Source: Octopus sinensis
Taxonomy: Eukaryota
DNA: 64,000 bases
NCBI RefSeq assembly: GCF_006345805.1
Contig: NC_042997.1
Location: 93,124,001-93,188,000 of the forward strand
Direction of reading: 5' to 3'
Positions 22,346 to 36,738 of the stretch are shown here, piece by piece. A program made the position numbers and the translations under genes. Under the pieces are notes generated by a model. That model saw only the letters and a list, made by a program, of their open reading frames with translations. It made no database searches and had not been told where the DNA came from. Position 1 is the stretch's first letter. Each line of letters opens with the position of its first letter.

Positions 22346-23559
22346 TTTGTTGGGTGCGTGGCTTATCTTCAGGGTTTCTCATCTATTCCAAGAGGAAATC
22401 AGTCCCTACCTACTTCTTGTACAAGGTGATAAATTTTGAAGCTGATCAGTTCTATTTATTTTTTATTGAGAGAGAAACTTTCCTTTTGTCTATGTGTAAT
22501 ATTTCTGTTACTTGTGGGTGACCAATGAGGAACTAATCAGTTACCAGAAAAGGTAACCTCTCCCTGATAATGCTTGTGCAATCCTGTACTTAATAATTCA
22601 AGGCATAGATTTTAATTTTTTCCGTGATAGCCAATAGCCAATAGAGTTGTTATTTAGACCATCGTTTAGGAAGTATATCAATAGTCAAAAATGCTATATC
22701 AGTGACCATCCTGTCATACTTTCAGTAACAGTATATCATGGCCTGTGTAATCTAACATGTTCTTTTTTTCTCTTAAAAATGTGTTTCGAAGGAAATTTGG
22801 CGGCTATTTTTAGTAGATCGGACAGCTCTTGTGCAGGCTCCCTGCCTATTAGCTCAGCTAATGTCATGCTTTTTGATCTTGCAGTAATTATTTTGTGTGT
22901 GCGTGCGTGTGTGCGTGTGTGCGTGCGTGCGTGCGTGCGTGCTTGCGTGCGTGCATGCGTGCATGTGTGTGTGTGTGTTTGCTCTTTTTTTTTGTTCTAC
23001 CAGATGTAGACAATATATTTATTATTGCAACATTTTTTTTGTTTTTGTTTCAGTGATGGCGGTGGTTGTTTATATTAACATTATCATTGTTGTGCAGTAA
23101 CAACAATGATAATTGTTGCTCTCTGTTACAAAATATCTTTTAGAACATATGATTACCATTTCTGCAATATCAAGGGCTCTTGCAATCTAACGCTCGCTTG
23201 ATATTCATACAAGAATGTTATTAGAAATGCATTCATAGTTTTAGAGATGCGTTCGTTGTTTATTAAAACTTCAGACTCTTTTCTTATCCGAACATTTTCT
23301 TTCTTTTACTCAGCACTGAAAATCTTGCAAGATCATCACCAGAACTATGAAGGTTGCCTCTGAGTATGGCACTATCTCCCAAACTGCAGCTGCAGTCCCA
23401 TGCCTAAAAGAACCGTGACAACTTTGTGGAATTTTCTTCACCTCCACGTCTGTCTGAAACATTGAGGTTTTGAAGTACTTCCATTGACAAAAATCTCCAT
23501 ATTTGACACCCGATTTGTATCCAACTCTATAATGCATACATTTAGGTAAATCTGCTCCA

Positions 23560-23780
23560 AAAACAATCTCTTTACCGTCTGTCAAGCTCATCACCACGCA
23601 CTTAAGCACGGAAGATGTGAGCGCATCTGATTACATCAAACCAACAAGGCTACCTGTACTGACAATTCTCCTCCATAACCATCAAACAATACACTCTGGA
23701 GCTAGCCACTGGTCTCATAAAACTTTTCAGTCGCTTTCTTTCCTTCTCCCCAGGGACGCATCCTGATCTTAGCAAACACT
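23560..23780 (+). pseudogene. CR1-like LINE RT N-terminal relic
   Basis: SITIKQYTLELATGLIKLFSRFLS resembles the I.LK.C..ELAP.L.KLF...L motif; heavily decayed. Confidence 0.35.
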
Positions 23781-24639
23781 ATATTGTGTCTCCATAGTGT
23801 GGTTCATTACAATATTTCAGTATTTCCTCAGATACCATCACTAGGGAAACTTTAATGTTTTAAGCAACACCGGATTTTTCAATGATATAGATAATAAAAG
23901 ATGTGATATAATAACATCATTAGTAAACTCTATTTAGATCCTAAACAACCAACACCAACATCTACACGAGCATACGTCACGAAACTAATTAGAGAAACTC
24001 TTCCTCTGATATTGCCTTCTTCTCCAGCTGCCTAGTAACCACATTCGTTTCTCAAACAATTCCCTAACTTCAGTAGCACATTAATGAATAATGTAAAATA
24101 AAGCAGTTGATAAACTATAAAAAAAACACACACACACACACACAATGGAACAAGTTTCAACAAGAACTAAACTCGAGATTTGGAGAATTTTACAGAACAG
24201 CGTCATAATTACTTGCAATGATTATAAACGCATTAAAAAAACATTCCTTAAAGCAACGTAAAAAATACAACTCAGTTATGCACAAGAAGTAGTCACCTAA
24301 AAATCAAAAGACAGTCTCAAGCACAGCATAACTCTGTATCAAATAACTAGACAAGGAAAAAAATAATAGAAAAATGGCAAATATTTCTATCCAACATAAA
24401 CCACAAAACTAACAATAAAACTGTTATACAGAGCAACAACAACAACAACAAACGCGTTGCCACAGTAATAAAATAAAGTATAGATAAAACATAACATGCC
24501 TCCATTGAAATTATATCAGGCATTTCTCAAAAGTTAGCTATCAAACCACACAAAGGCGGAAACACAAATCGAAAAATAACTGTCTTCCTCCTAACCTGCG
24601 ATTCCCCTAGCCCGTTTCATTCTACCTGATACTCCGAAA

Positions 24640-25450
24640 TCAAGAGGGAAACCAAAACCTTATGGCTGTAGGGTAACATAAAATTACAGACATTTAAACT
24701 ATTAAATTCCTAGAACCTGAAGGCTGGGTAATATCATGAAGATTCTAAAACCTAACAAAAACCTAAGTGCAGAATATCATTACAGATTTCATATCAACCC
24801 GTTGTTGCGCATACTTAAAGTCTAATCTTTTGACTTTACAAACACGTTTCCCTCTTCAACTCACAACACAGATTCACACCACAACACTCACTACTCACAA
24901 AATACATGACTTCTACAATGATAAAACCTGCCATGGACAGTAGCAATGCTTTCTAATCCATTTCCTACTATTCACTCATATAAAAATTATTGAATATGGC
25001 AACATAAAGAAACAACACAAAATGCTAGCCAGCAAAACTCACTGTTCGGTAGCCAAGTCTATGTAGTGTACAATAGCAACATTTTCAGAACTTTCTAGAA
25101 TGCAATTTACCAAACTGAGTATCATGTGGTACACCATTTGGTAAATTCGTCCTCACATCCATTTTGTTTTCCAAGTTACACCAACACGACATCCCCAAAC
25201 CTCCACAAACCATACAGGTAACTTCACATGTAGATTACGCCACACTTACCTCTTCCCACCATTCTGTAGACACTGCTGCACAACAACTCGAATACTTCTT
25301 AAATCCGTTTGAAATCTGGATCTACAACAACATAAGTATAATAGCACAATCCACTGCTTCCCCACTTACCGGCAACACGAAAGAGCTTGAGATAGAAGCA
25401 ACCATCACACTTAGCAACATAAACATAACACACATCCAGAAAGAGGGAGA
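24640..25450 (+). pseudogene. I/Jockey-like LINE RT relic
   Basis: PEGW..KILKPNK, STQHRFTPQHS and HDIPKPPQTIQVTSHVDYATLTSSHHSVDTAAQQLEYFLN (decayed SYADD region). Confidence 0.6.
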
Positions 25451-26099
25451 TCGTTGGGACAGGCAAAATATGATTTGTTGCTGTGACATGTTTTCAACAT
25501 CCACGGTTTCTGACGCTACTTGAAAAACCACCTCTACTCATCTAGGCACTTATGCTTCATCCTCAGAATATCACTACAACTTCCGAAATACACTATCTCT
25601 TTCACTTACCTTCGATAAATATTAAAAGATGCACACAAACACACGCACACAGAAATAGTTTTACTGGATCCAAAGCTGCATGAAATACATGTCACCAACA
25701 ATGGGTGTAAAAGGTGCAACATGTGTCACACTCTGGAAAAGTCTACTTTGCCACCTCGGTTGAAAACAACACCCGAATCTACGAATGCACAGAAATAGAG
25801 TGTGAGGGAAAGAACGAAATATGTCCAGCGTGTCACACTGTACAGAATATGATTCACCATTTCTTCTGAAGTATAGAACATGGTCTTTAGCTAAACGGAG
25901 TGAAGGCCTAGAAGACGGATCTGTTTGTTGTGCCTTGTCACTGGTCGAATATTTACGTGTAGTTACACTGCTCGATTAGGATTAATCTGAAGAAACAAAA
26001 CATTAAAAACCTTTCAATTATCTTGAATCTTGCCTCTTTCTTAATGACTATCAGTACGTGTTTTATAAATTTAAATCTACGTGGATACCTCCTTTCCAA

Positions 26100-27120
26100 T
26101 GTCATTCATCATCATTAGGCTCTTATCCTTGAGAAATTTGGAGAAAATAAGGTTGTTACCATCGAAATAATCAAGTCTTTCACTTGTTTCTAGTATACAA
26201 ATTTCCTGTCAAAACTGCCCACATACGGGTTCTATCTGATTCGCTTCACTTCACAGTGGTTACCTTACAGTTCTTTCTTCCATGGAGCGTGCTGAGGGAG
26301 CTCTCTCTAACTCACATACTTACACTTACCAGTAATACTTAATTTTATGCGAATGACACCACATTTACCCCACCTAAATTTCCACGCCCAAGCGTTATTC
26401 ACATGCAACCCAGTCACCTTACTCCTATTCTGCTTTGACTGAATGAACAGAAATCCCAGAAACATCCACCACATCCTTCCATTGGTTCATGACGATTTTA
26501 TCCTCTTCTTCTGTACAAAGATACAACTAACTACAAGTATAAAAAAGAAACTCACAGCCCCCTAGATACGAAGAGCGGCAACTAGAAACCTTGCGTTTAC
26601 TACAAAAGCTAGATCTCATTGTAATTGAAGATCTGGCAGATACACGCCTTCGACATAGTCAAAACTACATCACAAATACTAGCTTTCCCTGTGAGAGTCA
26701 GAAAATACTCCGGCTCCCAACAATTACTACATCTTTACAAAGGACAAACGAGAACCGCAAAGAAGTATTGATTTCACGCCTTTGTTGATACTGCTGCTAC
26801 ATTCATGGACACTCTAGATCGTTGAGTGGTTTTTCTATATCAATATGAAGCAATCCCCCAACATTCCAATTCCTGATCCACAGACGTATTACATTTCTAC
26901 TCTTCAAAGTTGTTGGTCTCACATGTTACCTCAACTCAGGTTCTGCCGATTTACTCGCTTCTCTTTATCTCGTTATCTATATTGTATCAATATAACCCTA
27001 AGATCATTCCTCCCTCTTCTGAAAGCTGACACTTTAGAATTCCCTCTTGTACATTTGTTTTCCCTCTAGCCATCGACTTGCAACTGTTCAAGAGGAACAT
27101 TAACCACATTGATCTCAGCC
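26100..27120 (+). pseudogene. CR1-like LINE RT and 3' end relic
   Basis: LEKFGENKVVTIEIIKSF...LSKLPTYGF (D.SKAFD region), FYANDTT (YADD) and a 3' DLQLFKRNINHIDL-type end. Confidence 0.55.
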
Positions 27121-28539
27121 GCCGGTGAAGAGCATAAAAACAGTTTCTCCAGATCATTTATAGAAAAAAAGGGTCAATATTCAAGAACCTATTTCACTTC
27201 AAGCTGACTTTGTACGCCATGCTTTTAACAGCTTCTTTTCATAACTTACATAGACTTTAAGCGAGTGCTAAAATCTATTGTTATGTATGCATCAAGGTTG
27301 AGAAGCAATTATATAGTTTCATAGTTAGGATTGTTACAATGATTCCATGCGATCTGTAGGCAGTTTCGAAGTTCCTTTCTGAGAATTTTTGAATTCGCGA
27401 AGATGGAAATAAATCACATTCTTTGTTTATCGCTTCAACATTTAGCATCTAATTTTTGATGGGTGTACTGCAAACTTGTGTCGTGAACACTTCAAGATTT
27501 ACTGGAATTGGGCTTACCATTTTTCAATAGATATCAACAACGGAACTGCTGCAAAAATTACTAATGATGTCTTTTTTCAGTTGAAACACATGAAGGTAGA
27601 TCTCAACTTCTCTACTTTATCTCCCGCTATAATCATTTCATACAGGATGTATCCCAAGGAGATGTGCAGAGATTTTATCAACACATGTTCATTGTCAGTA
27701 CCATAAAATTTACCGACGCTCAGAGACTAGTTCGGTCCTTTAGCTCTTTCGGTCCTTCACAACTTACGCTTTCTGCTACCCAACTATGCAACCACTCCTC
27801 GCTTTCCAGTCTCTTACTCCTATCCTTCAAAAGGAATTTTAAAAAATCAATGCAGCTCTCAAGCGTAGACCTATCTAAGTGTTGCACACATCGCAGCTTT
27901 ATCTCTCTGTCTCAGTCACGTTTCTCTTTTGAACGCCCATAACCATATGTGCTTTGTTTTTTCTTTCCTAGACCATCGTATCACATTTCAATCCACAGCT
28001 ACTTTTTAATCACAATCTCGACCAAACTGTGTTAAATTTGTTTTTACATTCAACTGCTTTTGCTTTAGTATTTCATTTCTTTTTATCAATTTATCACTGT
28101 CATTGTTAATGCTTCAGAGAATGAATATATTTCTCTGGTTTAATCTACCATAGCCAGAATGTCTATCAAATATTAGATTGCTTCTTCCATAATTCTTAGC
28201 TCTTCCATCTAAGAGCTAAAATTATCTCTCACTTAGGATGCCATTTTCTCTCACCTTCTATCCTTGCCTCATCACACACTTCTTCACAACCTTTGTTTTC
28301 TTGCTTCCCGACACCTCAGTCACTCATATCTTTCCATAGTCACTACATTATCCTTAAAAAATGATACAAAAGTCAATGCTCCTCTCTAGTTAGTTGTTCC
28401 TTCACCCCAGATATACCCAAACGTTTCCTACCTCGTTGCCTTGTCTTTTTATCTTCCTTACAACCGTTCTAGAAGATCTCAAGCCTAGAATCATTGTGAT
28501 CGATAGCTTGATGTAATATACTATGTAACTTACGAGCAC

Positions 28540-28800
28540 TACGGTGCATTGTACTTAGGTAACAATGCTTACGGTTTGGAAGCTAGGTTTCGCGAGCACT
28601 TAGATGTTCGTTATTAACGCTCAGGCAGTCCTCAAATCCTTTGTCCGACACTTTAAAAAAAAACCAACAACGCATTCCAAATATTTCCCACTCTATTGTG
28701 TTTTCTGAGATTGGTTCTAATCACACTAGCGAACATATGGAGTAATACATAATCTTCAACTTAAGAATCACTACCCTCTATACCCCAATGCACATCATTA
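28540..28800 (+). pseudogene. Penelope-like element GIY-YIG endonuclease relic
   Basis: LYLGNNAYGLEARFREHLDV (YIG.T.R.L..RF.EH) followed by EHME*YIIFNLR. Confidence 0.5.
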
Positions 28801-29295
28801 ATTCTTAGGGTTAAAGAACAAGAACCACAGGCGTACAGATTAATCAGTGAGGGTTCCTCTACATGGTTTCTCGATCTACCAGAAAAAGCAGTTACATCTC
28901 CGTCGAATCTCACCATATCATCTTTAATAAAGTAAGAACACTTTATCTATAATTCAGAAAAAAGGATGGGGAGGGATTGATCCTGGCTAGAATGCTTTTG
29001 ATTATAGGCCTGCTTGTCTTGGGGATCACAACAACAGGCGTACAGAAATAAATTTGGACTGTGAAGAAAATACAACATACTCAGACTCTCAATTTGCACC
29101 CCATATAATTCATTACTGCAGGCTCTGAATATGCAGTGCATTTCCTAGACAGGGAAATGTTTATATGTAGAACGAGACATTTTGGGGTTGCACTTAGTCA
29201 TTTAGGTGACTATCTGTGCATCATAGGTCTGTTCAATCAGAGCTGAGGTGGAGCTAAAAAACAACAGCGATACTTATTTTTTATTTTCTTATTTA

Positions 29296-29498
29296 GAAGG
29301 TGGTGAGCTGGCACAATCGTTAGCCTGCCGGACAAAATGCTTAGTAGTATTTCGTCTGGCTCTTTACGTTCTGAGTTTAAGCTCCGCTGAAGTCGATTTT
29401 GCCTTTCATCCTTTTGGAATCGATAAAAGAATTACTGGGTCAATATAATCGATTAACCCTCCCAGCAAATTTCAGGTCCTGTGCATATAATAGGAAGG
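29296..29498 (+). mobile_element. tRNA-derived SINE (type A)
   Basis: AAGGTGGTGAGCTGGCACAATCGTTAGC...GTCGATTTTGCCTTTCATCC. Confidence 0.75.
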
Positions 29499-29717
29499 GT
29501 ACCACCGACACAAAACCATTATCACGAATAATGAGACAAGCTCTTCGTGATCGCTCGAACTTCTAGAAGTGGCAACCAAATCTCCCTCAAATCACATCTC
29601 CCACCGTCTTGAAAAAGGTGTGATATGTTGGATTACTTTTCCAATACATATGTGTATGTGTGTGTGTGTGTGTGTGTACGTGTGTGTGTGTGTGTGTGCG
29701 TACCTTTAATCTTCTAT

Positions 29718-30086
29718 TTCTTTCTGTCTATCGAATACGACCGTGCTGGGGCACCGCCTTGAAAGGTTTCTTATCGAACTGATGAAATCCAGTCCCTATT
29801 TTTAAGTCCGGTACTTATTTTATAGATGTTTTCACCGAACGGCTAAGTTACAGGGACGTAAACAAACCAACACTGGTTATCATGCAGTGGAATGGCGCAA
29901 ACAGAGACACAAAAGCACAACACACACACACATACACATGTATATATGGGGCAGGCTTCCACAGTTTCCGTCTACCGAAATGCACTCAAAAAGTCTGCCC
30001 GGGGCTATAGTGGAAGACACTCACCCAATTGAATCCGAAACCACGTCGTTGCACAGAGAGCTTTTTAATCACACAGCTATGCCTGC
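29718..30086 (-). mobile_element. SINE type B (tRNA head plus CORE-like motif), degenerate
   Basis: Similar to 37747-38174: GCTGGGGCACCGCC, AACGGCTAAGTTACAGGGACGTAAAC, CAGTTTCCGTCTACC. Confidence 0.65.
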
Positions 30087-31015
30087 TAAAGTGTCTTTAG
30101 TGAGAAATAGATGTGGTCTACCAGGGCTGACCTGGGACAAGACAACGACAGTAAAAATATCGTTCTTAACTGCAGCTACAACGAAATTGGCAGGTCTACA
30201 TTTATCTAAATGTATATTTTGACAGCATCGAGTGCAAGGTATATCTACAAAAAGGAGTAAACTAAAAGCAAAGAAAACAATTAATAATAAAGTAAATTAG
30301 TGGAAAAGATTAATAAAGATTAGTAGTTTAAATAAAACATTCACTTGAGGAACTGAATATTTTTTGTTGCTTTGTTTTTGCATCTGTTTGAGAACATCGC
30401 TGAGTATGACAGAAGACAACAGCCCAGACGAGTGCATCCTCAGTTATCGATCACATAGCAACTTTTAATACCATGCATATTATCTCATGTCGGCTATGTT
30501 AATTTTTTGTTTTATTCTTTTCCTTTCAGCGTGTTTTTCTTTCTAAAATTAACAGCAGATGCAGATAGGGCCAAATAAATTGATTAAAAATCTCTGGTAA
30601 TCAACACATACCGAGTGTGGTTCAGGTGGAAATTTAGGAACAATGAAATAGCTGCGATAACAAGATGATAACAGACGGTCGCATTGTATTCTGGTAAGTT
30701 AAACAGAATTTTATGTTTTATTTTCACACGTACTAATATAAATAACAAGCCAATTTAACTCCTACTAGTTTCAAACGAAAGATAGACTTGTTAATAATTT
30801 CTCTTGCTCTTGCTTGCCATTTCATGAGCGTTATATAGTTAGAATACAGTAATGTTCTCGAAGTGACAAACTTTTGGCTAGATCTCGATTTAAATGCCGT
30901 TTACTCATTACTCTTCAAATGATTCTTGAACAAGGGCCATTAGAGGTGTAATTTCATAAATTGTATAATCTTACTGCCATATAAGCCTTGAAGTTACGCT
31001 CTCACACACACACAC

Positions 31016-31120
<105 letters not shown>

Positions 31121-32042
31121 ATATATATATACATACATACATGCACATACAAAACGTTATTCGAGAATAAAGAGGCAAGCTGTAGTACGTTTTAAGTGAG
31201 TCGAATGTGTACATATCGTTTGACTTACCACCAATACTCAAGCAAAAACACTCTTATTATCATTATAAGATTCAGTCATTATAAAACAAAGGTTTAACCT
31301 AACGTTGTAGTTGTTGCAAAATCTTTCAAAAAGCTGAAAGAAGATTTAATTCAGAAGTCAGTGTTTGAAAAGTACATTATAGGATATCTCTTGTATTTTA
31401 AGTAAGTATTACGTGTTACTTTCAGTTTCGGTTACTTTAATGATGATCGATTAAATTTCAGGTGGGGATATCTCTACAACGAAGAATGTTACGGTTTCTT
31501 TTCAAGGACAAATCACTTCGGTCCCAAACAGTTTATAAAGTACAAGCATTTTACATCTCATAAGGAAGATTTTACAAGTAACACTATTCAAACATTTTTC
31601 CCACTAAGGAGCTCCGTACACCTCTGAAATACACAACTATTGTAGTATTTGTTCCACTGAACTTACTAACTATAAAATAACCTCACACACTCCAATCGAT
31701 CAACCCATTTTTTCCATTATCTTCATTCTTTCATTTTTTCTCTCATCTCTTAGATTTCAAGCTCAACTTTTGTTCAATACCCTCTCCTCATAAAAGCATA
31801 CTCCTGCTGTTCCCTTGCAATGTTTTTCTCAAGATACTATCAACCAGTACGTTCATTTCTTATATGGACCACATCTACTCGTCCCAGTTACCTCAGTCTA
31901 GACGAGATAATTATTTACGTTTGTAAGATAACCTATTTAAAGGTAGATGAATTGGTTAACTGGGAGTAAATTACCTTGACAAAAGGTACAATGCAGTGCA
32001 AAATTTCAACTATAGTTTTCGAGATTGTCATTAATAATACTC

Positions 32043-32200
32043 TCTACCATAGGCACAGGGCCTAAAAATTCGGGTTGGAGAGAAGGGTTAGTCTAGTAGA
32101 ACAACTCTAGTATTTGGTTGGTACTCAGAAACTAAAGCCAGAAAAATGCTGTTAAAACATTTTGTCCAGCGCGGTAACGATTCAGCCAGCTCACAGCATT
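32043..32200 (-). mobile_element. SINE type A, internally deleted
   Basis: TCTACCATAGGCACAGGGCCT...TAACGATTCAGCCAGCTCAC. Confidence 0.55.
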
Positions 32201-32643
32201 AATGATTATCACCAATAATTATGAACAAATGAAGCAAAAAAAAAAAAAAATAGAAATCATGTTGTTCAAGACCTCATTTTAAGATGTATTTACTAGGAGC
32301 TTGGAAAGGTATTGCAACTGAAATAATAAACATAAAGATTTGATAATAGGGAATGTTGGAATACATTATAAAATTTTAAGCAACTCAAGTGTCAAAGGAT
32401 TCTTGTGTAACAAAGAGAAAGAAAATACAAGAAATGTCTTTTAAAGCGATCTGATATTGAAGTAAATGTCAATTTCTTGATATAATTCGGCTTTTACGAT
32501 TGATTGTAGCAAACCGAGTTATGTAAACCAATTTAAGCTCTTGATTGAAAGAACTGTTGTGCATTTTAGCGTGATGTGGGTGTATTAGTCACCGATGAAA
32601 TCCCAACACAGGATTGAAACTAGTTCAACTGATCCTTCATTTT

Positions 32644-32790
32644 GTGGAGACGCGTAGCCAACTGGTTAGGATGTTGTACTCAGGATCACAAAGTCGAAGT
32701 TTCGATCTAGACTCATGACATGTTTTATTATTGGCCAAAGCGCTTTATTTTGCATTGGCTCCAGTCTTTTCAACTGAAAATTAATACTAG
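32644..32790 (+). mobile_element. Degenerate tRNA-derived SINE head (third type)
   Basis: GTGGAGACGCGTAGCCAACTGGTTAGG (A-box-like) ... GTTTCGATC (B-box-like). Confidence 0.4.
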
Positions 32791-33022
32791 CCTAGCGTCT
32801 GGGCCGTTACAACATTTATTCTCTTCTCCCTTAAACATGAAACAGTCCATGTTGCCACACAGAAAAAAACTATTATTATAAATAGCAATCAACGAAGAGA
32901 TGAGTCAATAATATATTAAAATTAATGCTTCATGCATCTAGTTCGCTAGCATCTCCACTTACATAAGGTAGGACACCAGATCACATACATATTCAGTTTT
33001 GGATTAATATATTCTGTATTCT

Positions 33023-33420
33023 AAGGCGGCGAGCTGGCAGAAATGTTAGCACACCGGGCGAAATGCGTAGCCGTATTTCGTCTGCCGTTACGTTCTGAGT
33101 TCAAATTCCGCCGAGGTCGACTTTGCCTTTCATCCTTTCGGGGTCGAATAAATAAGTACCAGTTATGCACTGGGGTCGATATAATCGACTTAATCCGTTT
33201 GTCTGTCCTTGTTTGTCCTCTCTGTGTTTAGTCCCTTGTGGGTAGTAAAGAAATAGGTATTTCATCTGTCTTTACGTTCTGAATTCAAATTCCGCCGAGG
33301 TCGACTTTGCCTTTCCTTCTTACGGGAGTCGATAAATTAAGTACCAGTTGCGTACAGGGGTCGATCTAATCGACTTGTCCCTTCCCCCAAAATTTCGGGC
33401 CTTGTGCCTAGAGTAGAAAA
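33023..33420 (+). mobile_element. Well-preserved composite SINE type A with 15-bp TSD
   Basis: AAGGCGGCGAGCTGGCAGAAATGTTAGC...GGTTCTGAGTTCAAATTCC...GAGTAGAAAA. The TSD ATATATTCTGTATTC lies at 33007-33021 and 33422-33436. Confidence 0.88.
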
Positions 33421-33996
33421 TATATATTCTGTATTCAAATCTTATTGGGATTAAATTTACACATCAATAAAACATACAGTGATATAATAAAATACATTCT
33501 AGTACAATGCTTGAAAGGGCGAATCTTTTCATGCATTGTACTAGATTGAATATAGCATTTCAAGCCGACTTGAATGAATGTAGCCGACTTAAGTTGGCTG
33601 TGTTCCACCCTTGAAGAAAAAAGAATAGCGTGTGTAGTTGACAAAAGCGACAACAATAAAAAATATGTAACAAAACTAATATAACTTTTATCATCTTTTA
33701 AGAAGTATTTTATAGATTCTAAAATAGCAAACAACAATACACCCTCCCTTTTTATGTAAACACACTAACAATTTTTTATATTGATTCACATAATTTCTAA
33801 AAATAAATGTGTTTTTAACAGTCATATGTCCACTGCGCCAGAAATACTATAAACAATATATAAATACTATAAAGCATTGTTTAATAACTGCATTCAGCGG
33901 CCCTTAGATAACATATAAGTATATAATAATTACGTATATATATATTTATATATATATATATATATACATGTTTATACACACACACACACACACACA

Positions 33997-34060
<64 letters not shown>

Positions 34061-35398
34061 AAACCTATCACTTTGACCACACATTTTCACTTATTAATTC
34101 TACATTAACATTCGTTGACTTTGTTCTAATACGCAAATCATATATCTTAATCGCTTCTGAGACAAGTTTCTCATACTCTGTTTTTAGTATGTTTCTCATA
34201 CTCTGTTTTTAGTATATTTCTCATACGCAGGTTACACCATTTATTCAAAATCTACGTGGTGTGGTGATTGCGCATAAGTAGAATCTATTTTTCCCGTACC
34301 ACAGCTCTTTCTAATGAATATCAGCAGCAAAAATTTCTAGTTACTCTTATTGAAAGTTTCTCTCTTCTTTCAATCTTGTAAGTTTATCTGTTGCCCTTAC
34401 TTTTCTCCGGATTCGCCCAACTACTAGTGCTTGTTCAATCATCTCTCGTTCTGCATTAAGCACATCTAGTGCAGCGTGTCATTCCCTGAAGATATCCTTC
34501 TCGATGATTTCATCTGAAGCCATTCATAATTTCCAGTGTCCATAATGTTCATAACTCTTAATTTCTCATCAAATTCCCATCATAACTCACTTTAGATATA
34601 GCACTGCGTCGCGGAAGATACTATTGACGCAGGGACCGAATAATTTGCCATTCGCAACTGTCTGCAGTAAGTAAACTTAAATACCCATACATATGACTGA
34701 CTTGCTTATAATCCAAACAAACATGTAGTCCAAACAAACTTAATCTCATTCATGCCCCCAAACTCTACTTTCTCCGCCTTGACACCCTTAGTTTGTCTGA
34801 CTACTGTCTAATCAAAGCAAAATAGCTAACAGCTTCCAGACAGTTAAGCATATTTTTCCACATTCTTCACCCAACAAAGCCAATAAGCCTCAAACCTCAT
34901 GGTAGATAACAATACCTACACCATCACAAAAGTCGGTTATCAAATAATAATCTCTTAGTTAAGTTATCTGTTAATGAACTCTATTCTTCTCTAATCTTTC
35001 GGATCAGAAGAGTTTTTATCATTCTGAACCATTGCAATATGTACCGATGAATCTTTCCATGAAGATTTCCGTATCTGCTGCCTGATTGGTTGCTTGTATT
35101 GTATTCCCTTATCAAAATAAATTTATTTCTACACTACTTCCATAGAGATACGTGATGTAAAAAAAAAAAAAGCACTTTTCAAACAACGAGGTGACCTATT
35201 TATGCAGTCTTCTTGATCTCAGAAAAAAATCTCCTTTTTCTATTCTAGTCTATGAAAACACGCTATAGAATTCTTTTATTAGTCCCTTGACGTCGTGGGG
35301 ACTGCTGCTGAACATTTTAAACCTGGCGGAGCCCATTTCTGTCGAGGTCTGAATACAACCGATTTCATCTTGCGAGAGTATGTGTGAGAGGCAGAAAG

Positions 35399-35438
<40 letters not shown>

Positions 35439-35848
35439 AGGTGATATTACCGTTTACTTCTGCCAAAACCTAAGGATATATATGCTTTCTATGCAATTTA
35501 AATACACAGCGTTAGACATACAATGATCCCCTAAGCGGAAACCTTAAGAGTTTCCTTCAGTGGGAGCCCACCAATCTTGCTCTTTTCAACACCACTGAAA
35601 TAGAATCACTACCCACACTAAGGAAACTGTTTTGTTCTTAAACTTGTCTACATATGAATAACATGGGGTAAAAATCATCTGTTTCTACAAATCCTAGAAA
35701 ATGTACTTCAGATGAGGTCAGTGTTTTACAATCGACAAAGATTAATCAGACCTATATTAACGCCCACATCCTTGAGATGGTGTTGTTGCTACACAAATAC
35801 TTAAAAACATAAGCTGTTGCTGATTGGCCAAAGCACATTCATCATCAG

Positions 35849-36307
35849 AGGTGCAGGTGTGGCAGTGTGAGGGGAAATTTGCTTCCTAACCACGTGGTTC
35901 CGGGTTCAGTCCAACTGCGTGGCACCTTGGACGAATGTCTTCTACTATAGCCCCGGGCCGGCCAAAGCTTTGTGAGTGGATTTGGTAGACGGAAACTGAA
36001 AGAAGCCCGTCGTATATATGTGTGAGTGTGTGTGTGTACGTGTGTGTCTGTGCGTGTGTCTGTGCGTGTATGTGTATGTGTGTGCGTGTGCGTGTGTGTG
36101 TATGAGTTTGTTTCCCACCACCGCTTGACAAACGTATGATTATGTTCTTGTAAATTAGCGGTTTGACAAAATCGAACGATAGAATAAGCACCAGGCTTTA
36201 CAAAATAATTATTCGTATTAGGGTCGATAAGTTTTATCATAATTCTTGAAGCCAGTGCCCCAGTAGGGCCGCAGTTCAATGACTGAAGCAAATAAAAGAT
36301 AAAAGAT
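35849..36307 (+). mobile_element. SINE type B
   Basis: AGGTGCAGGTGTGGC...GGTTCAGTCC..GCGTGGCACCTTGG (CORE-like), internal (TG)n and a ...GACTGAAGCAAATAAAAGAT tail. Confidence 0.8.
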
Positions 36308-36453
36308 ATTATGAGTATAAGTTCATATACCCTTCAACAGTTATCTCTAAGAAATCTGAATTATCGAACTGCATGTTCATACATCTAAGCCCACTCGACT
36401 CAGTCTTCTCAGTGTTGCGTCTCTTACCTTCTGTAGCCTATACAGCAATTGAA

Positions 36454-36738
36454 AGAGGCCCGTCGTATATATGTATATATATATATATATATGTTTGTGT
36501 ATGTGTGCATGTTTGTGTCTCTGTGTTTGTCACCCCACCCCCAACATCGCTTGACAACCGATGCTGGTGTGTTTACGTATCTGTAACTTAGCGGTTCGGC
36601 AAAAGAGACCGATAGAATAAGTACTAGGCTTTACAAAGAATAAGTCCTGGGGTCGATTTGCTCGACTAAAAAGCGGTGCTCCAGCATGGCCACAGTCACA
36701 TGACAGAAACAAGTAAAGAGAGTAAAAGTATAAAGAGA
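36454..36738 (+). mobile_element. SINE type B, 5'-truncated
   Basis: GCCCGTCGTATAT...GGTGCTCCAGCATGGCC...GAAACAAGTAAAGAG. Confidence 0.8.

Noticed and set aside
27700-28500. Minus-strand LINE relic
   Set aside because: Only a faint LR..H..R-like echo, too decayed to assign.
33023-33110. SINE heads here and elsewhere (including 40860-40930) as tRNA genes
   Set aside because: A/B-box-like motifs are present but there is no cloverleaf, and they run straight into SINE bodies.
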